Origin: an uncultured Verrucomicrobiae bacterium
GTDB taxonomy: Bacteria; Verrucomicrobiota; Verrucomicrobiia; Chthoniobacterales; UBA10450
Assembly (NCBI GenBank): GCA_963801815.1
Contig: CAWDGJ010000002.1
Span: forward strand, 160,001-224,000
Reading direction: 5' to 3'
DNA length: 64,000 nt
A model generated the notes under the pieces. That model was not told where the DNA came from, made no database searches, and saw nothing but the letters and a program-made list of their open reading frames with translations. How positions within the stretch are numbered: the stretch's first letter is position 1; the number at the start of each line of letters is the position of its first letter. Positions 20,986 through 31,141 of the stretch are shown in pieces. The translations under genes and the position numbers were made by a program.

Positions 20986-23190
20986 ATGGCGTTTCAGCTT
21001 GAGTCGAACTACAAACCGCGCGGCGACCAGGGCCAGGCCATTGCCAAGCTGATTAAATCGGTCGAAACCGGGAATCGCCACCAAACGCTGCTTGGCGTCA
21101 CCGGCTCGGGGAAGACGTTCACGATTGCGAATGTGATTCGCGAACTGGATCGACCAACCCTGGTAATTTCCCACAACAAAACACTGGCGGCGCAGCTTTA
21201 CTCCGAGTTCAAACAATTCTTCCCGAGGAACGCAGTCGAATACTTCGTGAGCTATTTCGATTACTACCAGCCGGAAGCCTACATTCCGCGGACCGACACT
21301 TACATCGAGAAGGATTCGTCGATCAACGAAGAAATCGAACGCTTGCGCTTGTCCGCGACCAGCGCGCTGCTTTCTCGGCGCGACACCATTGTCGTCGCAA
21401 GCGTGTCCTGTATTTACGGCGTCACTTCGCCGGAAGATTACGAGCGGATGCTCCTCAGCGTGAAGCGCGGCCAGCATGTCTCGCGCGAAGCAGTCCTCGG
21501 CCGTCTGGTCGAAATGCTCTACGAGCGTAACGACATCAGTTTCTCACGCGGCAAATTCCGCGTGCGCGGCGACGTCGTCGAAGTCTATCCGGCCACTGCC
21601 GATGAAGACGCTGTCCGTCTTGAATTTTTCGGAGACCAAATCGATGCGATCACTCGATTCGATCCGCTGACTGGCCACGCTCGTGAATCGCTTAATCTCA
21701 TGGTGTTTTATCCGGCGAAGCAGTTCGTCACACCAGCCGACAAGCTAAATCGCGCGCTCCAAACCATCCGGGTTGAGCTCGAAGACCGGATCAAGATTCT
21801 CGAATCACAAAACAAACTTCTGGAAGCACAACGGCTCCGCATTCGCACGGAATACGATCTCGAAATGTTGCAGGAAATGGGCTTCTGCAACGGAATCGAA
21901 AACTATTCGCGCCATTTGTCCGGCCGGGCCCCTGGTTCGAAGCCCTACACGATCCTCGATTTCTTCCCGAAAGACTTTCTCGTCGTCATCGACGAATCGC
22001 ACGCCACCATCCCCCAGATCGGCGGAATGTATGAGGGCGATCGCTCGCGAAAATCGGTCCTGGTCAATTACGGTTTCCGTCTGCCGAGCGCGCTCGACAA
22101 TCGTCCGCTGAACTTTGACGAATTCATGAAGGCGACGAACCAGCTCATCTATGTTAGTGCGACGCCCGCCGAATTCGAAATCCAAAACAGCGTGGTGGGA
22201 AACAAAGGGTACGCGCCACATCGGCGTCAGCGCATTGGCGACGCAGAACTCGTCCCTTTTGTTTTGCCGGGAAAAAATCGGTCGCCGAAAGGCGAAGTTC
22301 ATATTTCGCGGACTGACGATCCGCCGGAGAAATTCGACGTGCACAGCCCCGGCGCGCCTCTGGTAGTTGAGCAAATCATTCGGCCGACCGGATTGCTCGA
22401 TCCGAAGATCACAATCAAGCCGCTCAAGAACCAGATCGACGACGCGATGGAGCTTTGCCGGCAGCGCGTCGAAAAAGGCGAGCGTGTGTTGATCACCACC
22501 CTGACGAAGCGCACCGCCGAAGATCTTGCGGATTACCTTCGCGACGTCGGTTTGAAGGTCCGCTACCTCCACAGCGACATCGATACAATCGAACGCGTCG
22601 AGATCTTGCGCGGCCTTCGCGCGGCCGAGTTCGACATCCTGGTCGGAATCAATTTGCTCCGTGAAGGGCTGGATCTTCCCGAAGTTTCACTCGTCTGCAT
22701 CCTGGACGCGGATAAGGAAGGATTCTTGCGAAGCCAGACTTCGCTGATCCAAACCGCCGGACGGGCAGCGCGTCATGTGAATGGCGAAGTTGTTTTGTTC
22801 GCCGACACGATGACCCAAAGCATGGAGGCGTTGATCTCTATCTCGGAATATCGACGCGGCAAGCAACTGGAATACAACGAGAAGCACAGGATCACGCCGC
22901 AAACCGTTCGGCGCGCTGTCCAGGAAAGTTTGCATACGATTTTGCGCGGGCGCGAGATTGAGTCTTCGGTGATTCGCGAAGCCGGCGGCGATTTTGATCT
23001 CACTGAATTGTTGCGGGAGCTCGAAGAAGAGATGCAGCAGGCATCCGCGAATCTCGAGTTCGAGCGCGCGGCACTTTTGCGTGATCAAATCATGGAAGTC
23101 AAAAGCGGCACCGGGTTGATCAAAATCGAACCGAAACGCCGGCCGGTGAAATACACGCGGAGTTCAGGCCGCCGCAGGTCGCGCGTCTAG
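20986..23190 (+). CDS. uvrB: Excinuclease ABC subunit B
   Basis: [44 protein letters not shown]-terminal FERAALLRD. Confidence 0.98.
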   Translation: MAFQLESNYKPRGDQGQAIAKLIKSVETGNRHQTLLGVTGSGKTFTIANVIRELDRPTLVISHNKTLAAQLYSEFKQFFPRNAVEYFVSYFDYYQPEAYIPRTDTYIEKDSSINEEIERLRLSATSALLSRRDTIVVASVSCIYGVTSPEDYERMLLSVKRGQHVSREAVLGRLVEMLYERNDISFSRGKFRVRGDVVEVYPATADEDAVRLEFFGDQIDAITRFDPLTGHARESLNLMVFYPAKQFVTPADKLNRALQTIRVELEDRIKILESQNKLLEAQRLRIRTEYDLEMLQEMGFCNGIENYSRHLSGRAPGSKPYTILDFFPKDFLVVIDESHATIPQIGGMYEGDRSRKSVLVNYGFRLPSALDNRPLNFDEFMKATNQLIYVSATPAEFEIQNSVVGNKGYAPHRRQRIGDAELVPFVLPGKNRSPKGEVHISRTDDPPEKFDVHSPGAPLVVEQIIRPTGLLDPKITIKPLKNQIDDAMELCRQRVEKGERVLITTLTKRTAEDLADYLRDVGLKVRYLHSDIDTIERVEILRGLRAAEFDILVGINLLREGLDLPEVSLVCILDADKEGFLRSQTSLIQTAGRAARHVNGEVVLFADTMTQSMEALISISEYRRGKQLEYNEKHRITPQTVRRAVQESLHTILRGREIESSVIREAGGDFDLTELLRELEEEMQQASANLEFERAALLRDQIMEVKSGTGLIKIEPKRRPVKYTRSSGRRRSRV

Positions 23191-23200
23191 CGCAAATGTT

Positions 23201-23226
23201 GTAGCGGTGCTTGTTCTCAAGCACCG
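23201..23226 (+). repeat. GTAG-type REP hairpin
   Basis: GTAG CGGTGCTTG ttct CAAGCACCG, perfect 9-bp stem. Confidence 0.65.
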
Positions 23227-23248
23227 AACTGAATACGCGCGCTAATGC

Positions 23249-23336
23249 AGGTGGATCGAGCGCTCCGCGCTCGATGTTAACTTGGGCGGCAAGCCGCCAT
23301 TATTTTAGCAACGCGCGCGGAGCGCACGTTCCACCT
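23249..23336 (+). repeat. REP-doublet (REPIN-like) element, copy 1
   Basis: aggtggatcgagcgctccgcgctcgatg - ggcggcaagccgcc - caacgcgcgcggagcgcacgttccacct. Confidence 0.75.
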
Positions 23337-23363
23337 CGCACAGAATTAGCTCCATTAGCGGCG

Positions 23364-24260
23364 ATGCGCTCATGGTTAATCCTGGAGATCTCGATCTTAT
23401 GTGTTGCAGCGAGCAACGCGCAGATCAACGAATCAGGTTCGCTGACCGAGGTTGAATTCTCGCAATTGAGCCAGCGCGATCCGAATCCACTCGGCGAGAA
23501 AGCACTGGCCATTCATCCGGAGCAATGGAAACACGCCGAAACCGAGCATTTCATCTATCACTTTATTCACGACTACGTGGCCACCCCGGTTTCAGTGGAA
23601 GCGGAGTTTCATTACCGCGTCATCACCAAGGAGCTCGAACGAGAGCAACTCACCACCGACATCAAGTCGCACATTTACATCTTCGAGCGGCCGGAAGAAT
23701 GGCATCAGTTTCAAGAGTTTGGACATCTGGAACAATGGACGGGCGGCATTCACTCAGCCGGGAGCCTCTTTATCCAACGCGATCCCGCTTACAAATTTAG
23801 CGACAACTCCCTTGGTCACGAGATTGTGCACCTGGTTCTCCATCGCTTTTATACCGACGGAATCCCCTGCTGGCTCGATGAAGGCCTCGCCCAATTTATC
23901 TCCAAAGATGCCCATGCGAGCTACCAACGCGCTCGCGGCTACATCAGTAAGCCACGCTCCGATTCGATTAACCCGGCGGATTTGATTCCGCTCCCGACGC
24001 TGGTGACGTTGACCCATCCGCCATCGGACCGTGTGCACACGTTTTATGATGAATCGGAACGTCTGGTACGATTTCTGGCAACAACCGATAAGCCCGCGTT
24101 CCTAAATTTGTTGGACGCACTAGCCAGACATCAGCCTTTCGAAACCGCGCTGACGCGATTCTATTCCGCAAATTTCGCGAGCTCTTCGGCGCTGGATGAA
24201 CAATTTCGCGCTTACGCCGCCAAAGACTTCGGATCTTCCTTGCAACAAGCGCGCAATTAG
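23364..24260 (+). CDS. Exported zincin-like metallopeptidase (peptidase MA-like)
   Basis: Signal-like N-terminus from ATG 23364; HEIVH followed by WLDEGLA (gluzincin pattern). Confidence 0.75.
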   Translation: MRSWLILEISILCVAASNAQINESGSLTEVEFSQLSQRDPNPLGEKALAIHPEQWKHAETEHFIYHFIHDYVATPVSVEAEFHYRVITKELEREQLTTDIKSHIYIFERPEEWHQFQEFGHLEQWTGGIHSAGSLFIQRDPAYKFSDNSLGHEIVHLVLHRFYTDGIPCWLDEGLAQFISKDAHASYQRARGYISKPRSDSINPADLIPLPTLVTLTHPPSDRVHTFYDESERLVRFLATTDKPAFLNLLDALARHQPFETALTRFYSANFASSSALDEQFRAYAAKDFGSSLQQARN

Positions 24261-24348
24261 GTGAACGCGCGCTTCGGCGCGTTGACAATCCGACGCGCCT
24301 ACACCGCGCATTCATCTAACATCGCGCGACGGAGCGCTCGATCCACCT
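24259..24348 (-). repeat. REP-doublet (REPIN-like) element, copy 2, inverted
   Basis: Reverse complement reads aggtggatcgagcgctccgtcgcgcgatgttag...caacgcgccgaagcgcgcgttcacct; the first 19 nt are identical to copy 1. Confidence 0.75.
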
Positions 24349-24382
24349 TGTCGATCTCCCTGGAACATGCGAGAAACTTTCC

Positions 24383-25546
24383 GTGCCGAAAGCGAAGACC
24401 AAGGCCGCCGCTGCCGCGAAAATCTATGCCGTCGTCGGTTCGGATGACGTTGAGATTAAACATACTGCCGCAGAGCTGGCTGAAAAATTGAAACCCGCCG
24501 ACGGGGGCGATTTCGGACTCGAAATAATTGATGGTGCCGCCGACAATGCGGATCAGGCTGCTGGCCGAATACGATCGACAATCGAAGCGCTGCGCACGTT
24601 GCCGTTCTTCGGCGGCGCAAAACTCGTTTGGCTGAAGAACGCGAATTTTCTCGGGGACGATCAAAAGGCGAGCGCCGCGTCCGTGCAAGAGGCGCTGGAA
24701 GCGCTAACGGACACGATCGACGCCGATCTCGGGCCGGAGATCACGTTTTTGCTGAGCGCTATCGAAGTGGACAAGCGGCGCTCATTTTACAAGTCGTTGT
24801 CCAAGCGCGCCGAGTTGCAGATTTTCGACAAACTCGATTCGAGTCGCGGCGGCTGGGAAGAGAAAGCGACGGAAATCGTTCAAGAGCGGGCGCGGAAAAG
24901 AAAATTACAATTCGACGAGGAGGCGCTTGAACTCTTCGTCCTCCTCACCGGCGGCGACACCCGCGAGATCGAGAATGAGCTGGAGAAAATAGACGTCTAT
25001 CTCGGCAAAGAGCGCGCAGTAAGTGTCGATCTTGTTCGTGAACTCGTGCCGCTCACCCGGGAAGGCGTTATTTTCGATTTGAGCAACGCGCTGGCCGAGG
25101 GCGATCTCGAACGCGCGCTCGAACTCGTCCGGCAATTACTCGACCAGGGCGAGAGCGCGATCGGCATCTTGCTGGTCGCGATTCTACCAACTGTTCGGAA
25201 TCTCCTGCTCGCAAAAGATTTGATGGAGCGTCATCGAATTCCCCGGCCTCACACGCCATTTCCGTTCATCTCCGCGGTCAATCGGCTTCCCGCCGAAGCC
25301 ATTGCGCATTTGCCGCGCAAAAAAGATGGAACTGTGAATGCTTTCACCCTCGGGATCGCCGCTCAAAACGCGCACCGTTTTCAAACCGAGCAACTGATTA
25401 CGGGAATGAAAGCGTCTCTGGCCGCGAACCTCCAGCTGGTTACCACGCAACTCGACCACGAACTGATCTTAACCGAAGTCGTCGTGAAGATCTTAGGTGG
25501 TTCCAATGTGGGAGGGACCTCAGTGTCCCGACGATCGCGGCGCTAA
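24383..25546 (+). CDS. holA: DNA polymerase III subunit delta
   Basis: TLPFFGGAKLV, DKRRSFYK, IENELEK, IFDLSNAL. Confidence 0.88.
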   Translation: MPKAKTKAAAAAKIYAVVGSDDVEIKHTAAELAEKLKPADGGDFGLEIIDGAADNADQAAGRIRSTIEALRTLPFFGGAKLVWLKNANFLGDDQKASAASVQEALEALTDTIDADLGPEITFLLSAIEVDKRRSFYKSLSKRAELQIFDKLDSSRGGWEEKATEIVQERARKRKLQFDEEALELFVLLTGGDTREIENELEKIDVYLGKERAVSVDLVRELVPLTREGVIFDLSNALAEGDLERALELVRQLLDQGESAIGILLVAILPTVRNLLLAKDLMERHRIPRPHTPFPFISAVNRLPAEAIAHLPRKKDGTVNAFTLGIAAQNAHRFQTEQLITGMKASLAANLQLVTTQLDHELILTEVVVKILGGSNVGGTSVSRRSRR

Positions 25547-25559
25547 GGCCGCTCCAACA
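25508..25559. repeat. GTGGGAG-type REP pair overlapping the holA 3' end
   Basis: tgtgggagggacctcagtgtcccga / atcgcggcgctaaggccgctccaaca: two inverted hairpin units between convergent genes. Confidence 0.6.
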
Positions 25560-25564
25560 TTCTT

Positions 25565-25978
25565 TCAGCTTTCGCCGACTTGTTTGCGGGCAAGCGGTCC
25601 GATGTAAGGAATGTCCCACCGAACACCAGTGAATGCTTTGACTGTGGCGATAATCCAGAGAACGACGAACCCGATGTGGATGACGGCTGAGATGATCGCC
25701 CAGAAAAATACCAGGATTCCTCCCAGAGCAGGGATGTGGTTGAAAATCGAGTTAATGATCGCCGAAACGACATTGAACAGAAACCAGGCGAGACCAAACA
25801 CGATCGATTGCATCGAATAGAAACGCACGAACGAGTCGTGTTTCTCCAAAATGAAAAAGACGATACCGCCGACCAGTGGAATGCAGGCCAGCGCTGCGGC
25901 GATGTTGGACGGGAGCCCGGTTGATTTCGGCGAATCGGAGACAGGCGGCGGAGGAGGCGGTGGTGGCTCGTCGGGCAT
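25565..25978 (-). CDS. DUF4870/Tic20-like membrane protein
   Basis: TGLPSNIAAAL, FVRFYSMQSI, IPYIG; Pro-rich N-terminus. Confidence 0.8.
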   Translation of the reverse strand: MPDEPPPPPPPPVSDSPKSTGLPSNIAAALACIPLVGGIVFFILEKHDSFVRFYSMQSIVFGLAWFLFNVVSAIINSIFNHIPALGGILVFFWAIISAVIHIGFVVLWIIATVKAFTGVRWDIPYIGPLARKQVGES

Positions 25979-26103
25979 GAAGTACTTACACAAGATGAAC
26001 GGCCTTTCGTCAACTCCGAAAGCTTTCGTGGGTCAACCCCGAATCCATTCGCCAGCAGACAGTTTTGCTTTCTCCTAAGGTCAAAAACCCGTACCGTCCC
26101 GTC

Positions 26104-27174
26104 GTGATTTCGATCGAAGTCCGCTCCGCCAAACATCCATATCGTGTCCTTATCAGTCCGGGACTACTGGCCAGCGCCGGCGAAGCAATCCAAGAAAAAC
26201 TGCCGCCGTGTCGATGCGCGATTATCTGCGACACAAACGTTGGGCCGCTGTTTGCCGGAGGTCTCGCGAAAAATCTTAGGTCGGCAACTTACGAGCCGAA
26301 ACTCATAACCGTTCCAGCCGGCGAGCAATCGAAGACCCTCGAACAAGCAGGCAACATTTGTGAGCAAATGTTGAACGCAGGGCTGGACCGCGAGTCATTC
26401 GTGATCGGTCTCGGCGGCGGGGTGATTGGCGATCTCTCCGGGTTTGTGGCCGCGATCTTCAATCGCGGCGTACCGCACGTGCAAATCCCAACAACGCTTC
26501 TCGCCATGGTCGACAGTTCGATTGGCGGGAAAACAGGCGTCAACGCGCGAGCGGGAAAAAACCTAATCGGCACGGTCCATCCGCCTGCACTCGTACTCGA
26601 CGACGTCGACATTTTAAAATCCCTCCCGCGTCGGGAGCTCAATCAGGGGTTCGCCGAAATCATCAAACACGCCGTCATCGCCGACGCGGAAATGTTTGGG
26701 CAACTCGAAACTGTTGATCCCAGCAGGATCGATCTCGCTGCGTTGATTCAGCGAAATGTCGAGCTCAAGGCTCGAATCGTCGAGAAAGACGAACCGGAGC
26801 GAGCAAACCACCGCGCGTTGCTCAATTTCGGGCACACGATTGGGCATGGAATCGAACGCGCGGCGGAGTATCACGGCATCGTGCATGGCGAAGCAGTCAG
26901 TCTCGGAATCGTCGCCGCCTGCGAGATCTCAATGAAGAAAGCCGGACTTCCTACGGGAGACCGGGACCGAATTGTCGGCCTTCTACGCAAATTCGAATTG
27001 CCAACTCAACTGCCGAAGGATTTTCCGCGCGACAAAATCTTCGACGCAATCAAGTTCGACAAAAAATTTGTCCGAGGTGCCATCCGATTCGTGATAACGC
27101 CGAAAATTGGCTCGGCGAATCTGTCCAGTGACGTGACGATGGATGATATCCGTCAGGCCGTGAAAGCGTTGTAG
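26104..27174 (+). CDS. aroB: 3-dehydroquinate synthase
   Basis: GGGVIGD, PTTLLAMVDSSIGGKTG, LNFGHTIGH, HGEAV; start codon uncertain. Confidence 0.96.
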   Translation: MISIEVRSAKHPYRVLISPGLLASAGEAIQEKLPPCRCAIICDTNVGPLFAGGLAKNLRSATYEPKLITVPAGEQSKTLEQAGNICEQMLNAGLDRESFVIGLGGGVIGDLSGFVAAIFNRGVPHVQIPTTLLAMVDSSIGGKTGVNARAGKNLIGTVHPPALVLDDVDILKSLPRRELNQGFAEIIKHAVIADAEMFGQLETVDPSRIDLAALIQRNVELKARIVEKDEPERANHRALLNFGHTIGHGIERAAEYHGIVHGEAVSLGIVAACEISMKKAGLPTGDRDRIVGLLRKFELPTQLPKDFPRDKIFDAIKFDKKFVRGAIRFVITPKIGSANLSSDVTMDDIRQAVKAL

Positions 27175-27202
27175 CTGCCAGAAGGCTAGCAGTGCGACCA
27201 GT

Positions 27203-27311
27203 GTCATCCCGAACGAAACTGAGGGATCTCACGGTCGAAATCTGGATCACACAAATTACCATGCGTGATCGTGCGCGCTGATGAGAGATTCCTCGCTTCG
27301 CTCGGAATGAC
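27203..27311. repeat. Palindromic REP/MITE-like element (GTCATCC...GGAATGAC family), copy 2
   Basis: gtcatcccgaacgaaactgagggatctc ... gagattcctcgcttcgctcggaatgac between convergent genes. Confidence 0.8.
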
Positions 27312-27335
27312 GCTGCGAAGAAATCCTTAGTGTAA

Positions 27336-28625
27336 CTAACCGGGCGGCCGCGCTTTCGAATAATACTCGCGCAATCCGTCGGTCACACTGTCGGCATACT
27401 CCCGGAAAATACTTTTTCGCTGCACACCGTTGACCTCCTTGGTGCCTTCGTAATCTCCGGCTTCGATGCGTGAATAGCCATCCTTGCTGTTCATAACGTA
27501 AGGCTCGCAGTAAACAACCGGACAGCGATACAGCCGCGTCGCGAGCAGATTGCGCGCGTACACGTAGCCACTCGATCCAACTTTTGTCGTAGTCTGAGTA
27601 GTCGGATATTGATACGCGGGAAGCCCGGTCGCTTTCGCCATCGAAGTTGCAACCGTGTCCGCAATCGGGAGTTCTTCATCGTAAGCGCGACTGAGCAACC
27701 GCCGGATCATTTCGAACCGCTCGTCGTCGAGCGCGAGCTCATCTTGCAAATACGAACCGTTCACGAGCAAATGAAGATGATTGTTATCGATCAGCGTCGG
27801 ATTCGCGGGATCACCCCAACCTTCGGCATTGAAATGAAGGCAGAGAACCAGATCCGGATGGAGCTTCGTGTTGACCACCGTGGCACGGCGCCGGATTTCA
27901 CTGTAGCGATAGAACAACATCTCGCTTTGCCAGCGAATGGTTCCCTCCTTTGCCGGGTCTTTCGGATTGAGCACCTCGTCGCGAGGTCTTGGCACGCCGT
28001 TGTTGATCAAAATGTTTTTTGCGAGATCCAGAAAATCGGACGGCCGTTTTGAAGTAACCGGTTGCGTGCTGTTGCGAACGAACAGCACGGTCGCGCCGAG
28101 TTTCCTTAACCGTGGGGCGAGCATTCGCGACACCCGCAAGGTCAGATCGCCTTCGGTTACCGGTTTCGTGTCGCCAACCTGGAACCAACGTTCCTCCATC
28201 TTTGCCCATTTTCCACCAAGGTGGCCCGGATCCAGAGCGATTCGCACCCCGGCGAGCGGTCTGGTTGGCTTCGTTGGCGGTAAAGATTTCGCCGGTCGCC
28301 AAAGTCGCGGAATGCGGCGCTCGGATTTTTCGTCCGAGGCGAACTCAAGCTTAAACGTCTCGTGCGAACTCCCATCTGTCACGATTTCCGCTGAGCCGTC
28401 ATCGATCTTGATCAAGTCATCGGGAATTCCGTGCGTGCAGTAAACATCGTTGATGAGATGTGCGAACTCTTGGTGTGTGATGGTGTGTTGGTAATTCTTG
28501 AGGACGTCCCATTTTGGCTTGCTGCCAAGAATCCCAACATTGTCAGCCGCGACGGCCGTGCCGCACAAAATCGACAGTCCGAAACAAAATGCCGCACAAA
28601 AAGTGATCGAAGGACGAAATAGCAT
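27336..28625 (-). CDS. Exported Amidase_3-like protein (divergent N-acetylmuramoyl-L-alanine amidase)
   Basis: IALDPGHLGG, EGDL, CLHFNA and YCEP match the Zn-amidase motif order; signal peptide. Confidence 0.65.
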   Translation of the reverse strand: MLFRPSITFCAAFCFGLSILCGTAVAADNVGILGSKPKWDVLKNYQHTITHQEFAHLINDVYCTHGIPDDLIKIDDGSAEIVTDGSSHETFKLEFASDEKSERRIPRLWRPAKSLPPTKPTRPLAGVRIALDPGHLGGKWAKMEERWFQVGDTKPVTEGDLTLRVSRMLAPRLRKLGATVLFVRNSTQPVTSKRPSDFLDLAKNILINNGVPRPRDEVLNPKDPAKEGTIRWQSEMLFYRYSEIRRRATVVNTKLHPDLVLCLHFNAEGWGDPANPTLIDNNHLHLLVNGSYLQDELALDDERFEMIRRLLSRAYDEELPIADTVATSMAKATGLPAYQYPTTQTTTKVGSSGYVYARNLLATRLYRCPVVYCEPYVMNSKDGYSRIEAGDYEGTKEVNGVQRKSIFREYADSVTDGLREYYSKARPPG

Positions 28626-28660
28626 CGACGTTTTGAACCTGTTCAATACGATCCTGTTCA

Positions 28661-29512
28661 ATGCTAACGGTACTTTTTCTCGGAGACATTGTCGGCGAGC
28701 CCGGCCGTAACGCGGTCATCTCCCGGCTTCCGGAATTTAAGGAACAGCATGCGATCGATTTCATTGTCGTAAACGGTGAAAACGCGGCCGGCGGACGCGG
28801 CATCACCGGAAAAATCACAATCGACCTCCTGCGCGCCGGTGTGGCCGTAGTGACAACCGGCGATCACGTTTGGGACCAGAAGGATATTTTGTCCTTCATC
28901 GAGACGGAACCGCGTTTGTTGCGACCGGTGAATTACCCGGCTGGAGCGCCCGGCAACGGATCGATCGTCCTCGAAACGGCGAAAGGCAAAGTGGGCGTGA
29001 TCAACGTTCAGTGCCGCACATTCATGCAGCCAATTCTGGACAACCCGTTTCGCGCGGTAGAAGAGACCGTTACGAAAATGCGCGACGAAACGCCGAACAT
29101 TATTGTCGATGTTCATGGTGAAACCACGAGCGAGAAAATCGCGATGGGTCGCTTTCTCGACGGCAAAGTTTCCGCCGTCCTCGGCACCCACACGCATGTT
29201 CAAACGGCGGACGAACAAATTTTGCCCGGCGGCACCGCGTTTCTGTGCGACGCCGGAATGTGCGGACCCGTCAACTCCATTCTCGGACGCACAATCGAAC
29301 CGATCATGAACCGGTTCGTCTCGAATTTGCCCGCGTCATTTCCGGTCGCTGCCGGCGAAGTCCGTCTGCACGGCGCCTTGCTCGAGATTGATGAGAAAAC
29401 CGGACGCGCTTTGAAAATTAGCCGAATTGACGAACCCAGCCCCGCCCAGGGAACAGCCGAGCCGGAACCGAAAATCGACATCGAGCACGCGCCCACCCCG
29501 GAACAGACCTAG
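28661..29512 (+). CDS. ymdB: YmdB-like metallophosphoesterase (TIGR00282)
   Basis: GDIVG, NGEN, GDH, DVHGETTSEK, GTHTHV, DAGMCGP. Confidence 0.92.
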   Translation: MLTVLFLGDIVGEPGRNAVISRLPEFKEQHAIDFIVVNGENAAGGRGITGKITIDLLRAGVAVVTTGDHVWDQKDILSFIETEPRLLRPVNYPAGAPGNGSIVLETAKGKVGVINVQCRTFMQPILDNPFRAVEETVTKMRDETPNIIVDVHGETTSEKIAMGRFLDGKVSAVLGTHTHVQTADEQILPGGTAFLCDAGMCGPVNSILGRTIEPIMNRFVSNLPASFPVAAGEVRLHGALLEIDEKTGRALKISRIDEPSPAQGTAEPEPKIDIEHAPTPEQT

Positions 29513-29588
29513 GCAAGCACGTCCGAGTGAGATTTGTGATCGCCAATTTTGAATCGTTTAGTCAATCTAACCGTCAACCTCGTTAACC

Positions 29589-30197
29589 ATGAAAACACTG
29601 TTTGCTCTCTGCCTCTTCACCACACTGGGACTGTCGATTGCGCCGGCTGCTCAACAGGGAGGAAGTCCCGAAGCGGCCAAAATTGCCCGCGAGGGATCGC
29701 AGGCTGCGAAAGATCAGGATTGGGACAAAGCCATAGAAAAGTATCGCAAAGCTTCGGAGATGGATCGCAAATTCACGGCGAGTCTGGCACTGGCCTACCA
29801 GCAAAGGGCCTACTCCTACGCTAAAGATCAGCGATTCCAGGATGCTCTGAACGATTTGAACGAAGCAATTAAAATTAAACCTGACGCACGTACCTACGAA
29901 CAGCGCGGCGCAATCGAAAGGGGCATCGATGACTACGATAAAGCCCTGGCCGATTTTGCCGAAGCGAGCAAGCTCAATCCCGGCGAAATCAAATATCATA
30001 ATTATCGGGCCTACATTTACGAAACCCGTGGCGATCTCCAGAACGCGATGGCGGAGAATGATGCTGCGCTGAAGATCAATTCGAAGAACAAGGAAGCAAT
30101 CGACCGAAAAGCGCGCCTGCAAAAGATTCAGCAGGCAAATTCCGTCCAACCGCCTCTAAATGCGCCGCCGGTGACACCACCGCCGAAAAAGCGGTGA
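29589..30197 (+). CDS. Exported TPR protein
   Basis: Signal peptide plus about 4 TPR repeats. Confidence 0.85.
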   Translation: MKTLFALCLFTTLGLSIAPAAQQGGSPEAAKIAREGSQAAKDQDWDKAIEKYRKASEMDRKFTASLALAYQQRAYSYAKDQRFQDALNDLNEAIKIKPDARTYEQRGAIERGIDDYDKALADFAEASKLNPGEIKYHNYRAYIYETRGDLQNAMAENDAALKINSKNKEAIDRKARLQKIQQANSVQPPLNAPPVTPPPKKR

Positions 30198-30221
30198 GCT
30201 AGATTCCAGGCCTGACGTTTG

Positions 30222-30815
30222 TCAGGATTTGCTGCCGTTCTGAGAATCGGTAGACACAGCCGCTGTTTCTTCTTTAGGGGGCGGCGGGAATTTACGTTTG
30301 CGGCGGTTCGCCGGCAATGGTGTTAACGTCATCGTGATATTGCGTCCGGCCATTTTCGGTTCCATCTCCACCTGCGACATTCCCGAAAGATCGTCCCGCA
30401 CTTTTGCCATGAGCTGCATGCCGAACTCCTGGTGTGCCATCTCGCGGCCGCGAAATTGAAGTTGCACTCGGACCTTGTTGCCGCGCTCGAGAAATTCTTC
30501 GCCGTGCCGCACCTTCGTGAGGTAATCGTGGTCGTCGATGTTGACCCGGAACTTGATCTCTTTCAGCTTTGCGCCGCTGGGCTTTTTGTCTTTGTCGTGC
30601 TTGGAAAGGTCGTAACGGAATTTTCCGAGCGAAACAATTTTGCAGACAGGCGGATTGGCAGTCGGCGCAACCTCCACCAGATCAAGCCCCAGGCCTTGCG
30701 CTTCGCGCAAGGCGTCGGACAATTTCATGACGCCCAGCTGTTGGCCGCTTGCTCCCATAATGACCCGGACTTCGCGAGCGCGAATGCGGCCGTTTACACG
30801 AATTTGTGGTTGCAG
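30222..30815 (-). CDS. infC: Translation initiation factor IF-3 with non-canonical start
   Basis: IRVNGRIRAREVRV, LDLVEVAPTANPPVCKI, KEIKFR, FRGRE. An in-frame TAA lies 3 codons upstream of CTG 30815, and AGGAG precedes it. Confidence 0.93.
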   Translation of the reverse strand: MQPQIRVNGRIRAREVRVIMGASGQQLGVMKLSDALREAQGLGLDLVEVAPTANPPVCKIVSLGKFRYDLSKHDKDKKPSGAKLKEIKFRVNIDDHDYLTKVRHGEEFLERGNKVRVQLQFRGREMAHQEFGMQLMAKVRDDLSGMSQVEMEPKMAGRNITMTLTPLPANRRKRKFPPPPKEETAAVSTDSQNGSKS

Positions 30816-31141
30816 ATTACTTTAGTCTCCTAATCCGCGAGATGGGAGTGCGCCATTTCGCCGGTATTTCAATCGTCGCATTTGATCGACATTCGCCTTC
30901 GCGAATCTCGATGCACTCACTTCGCCTCGGCTGCGAGGACCGCGGCAAAGGGCCCGCGTCATCGATCACGAGCCGAAGGGAAGATGTAGGCAACATTTTG
31001 ATGCTGGCAAGATAAATCGAAGCAACTAACGCGCCGACGCGTTTAGGCACGAACCAGCGGTTCCAACCGCACAATCTGCAAGGGAGCTACTCAATCGTAA
31101 TGATGGGGAATATCCAGGGTGATTTCCAATTTAAATCGCTT

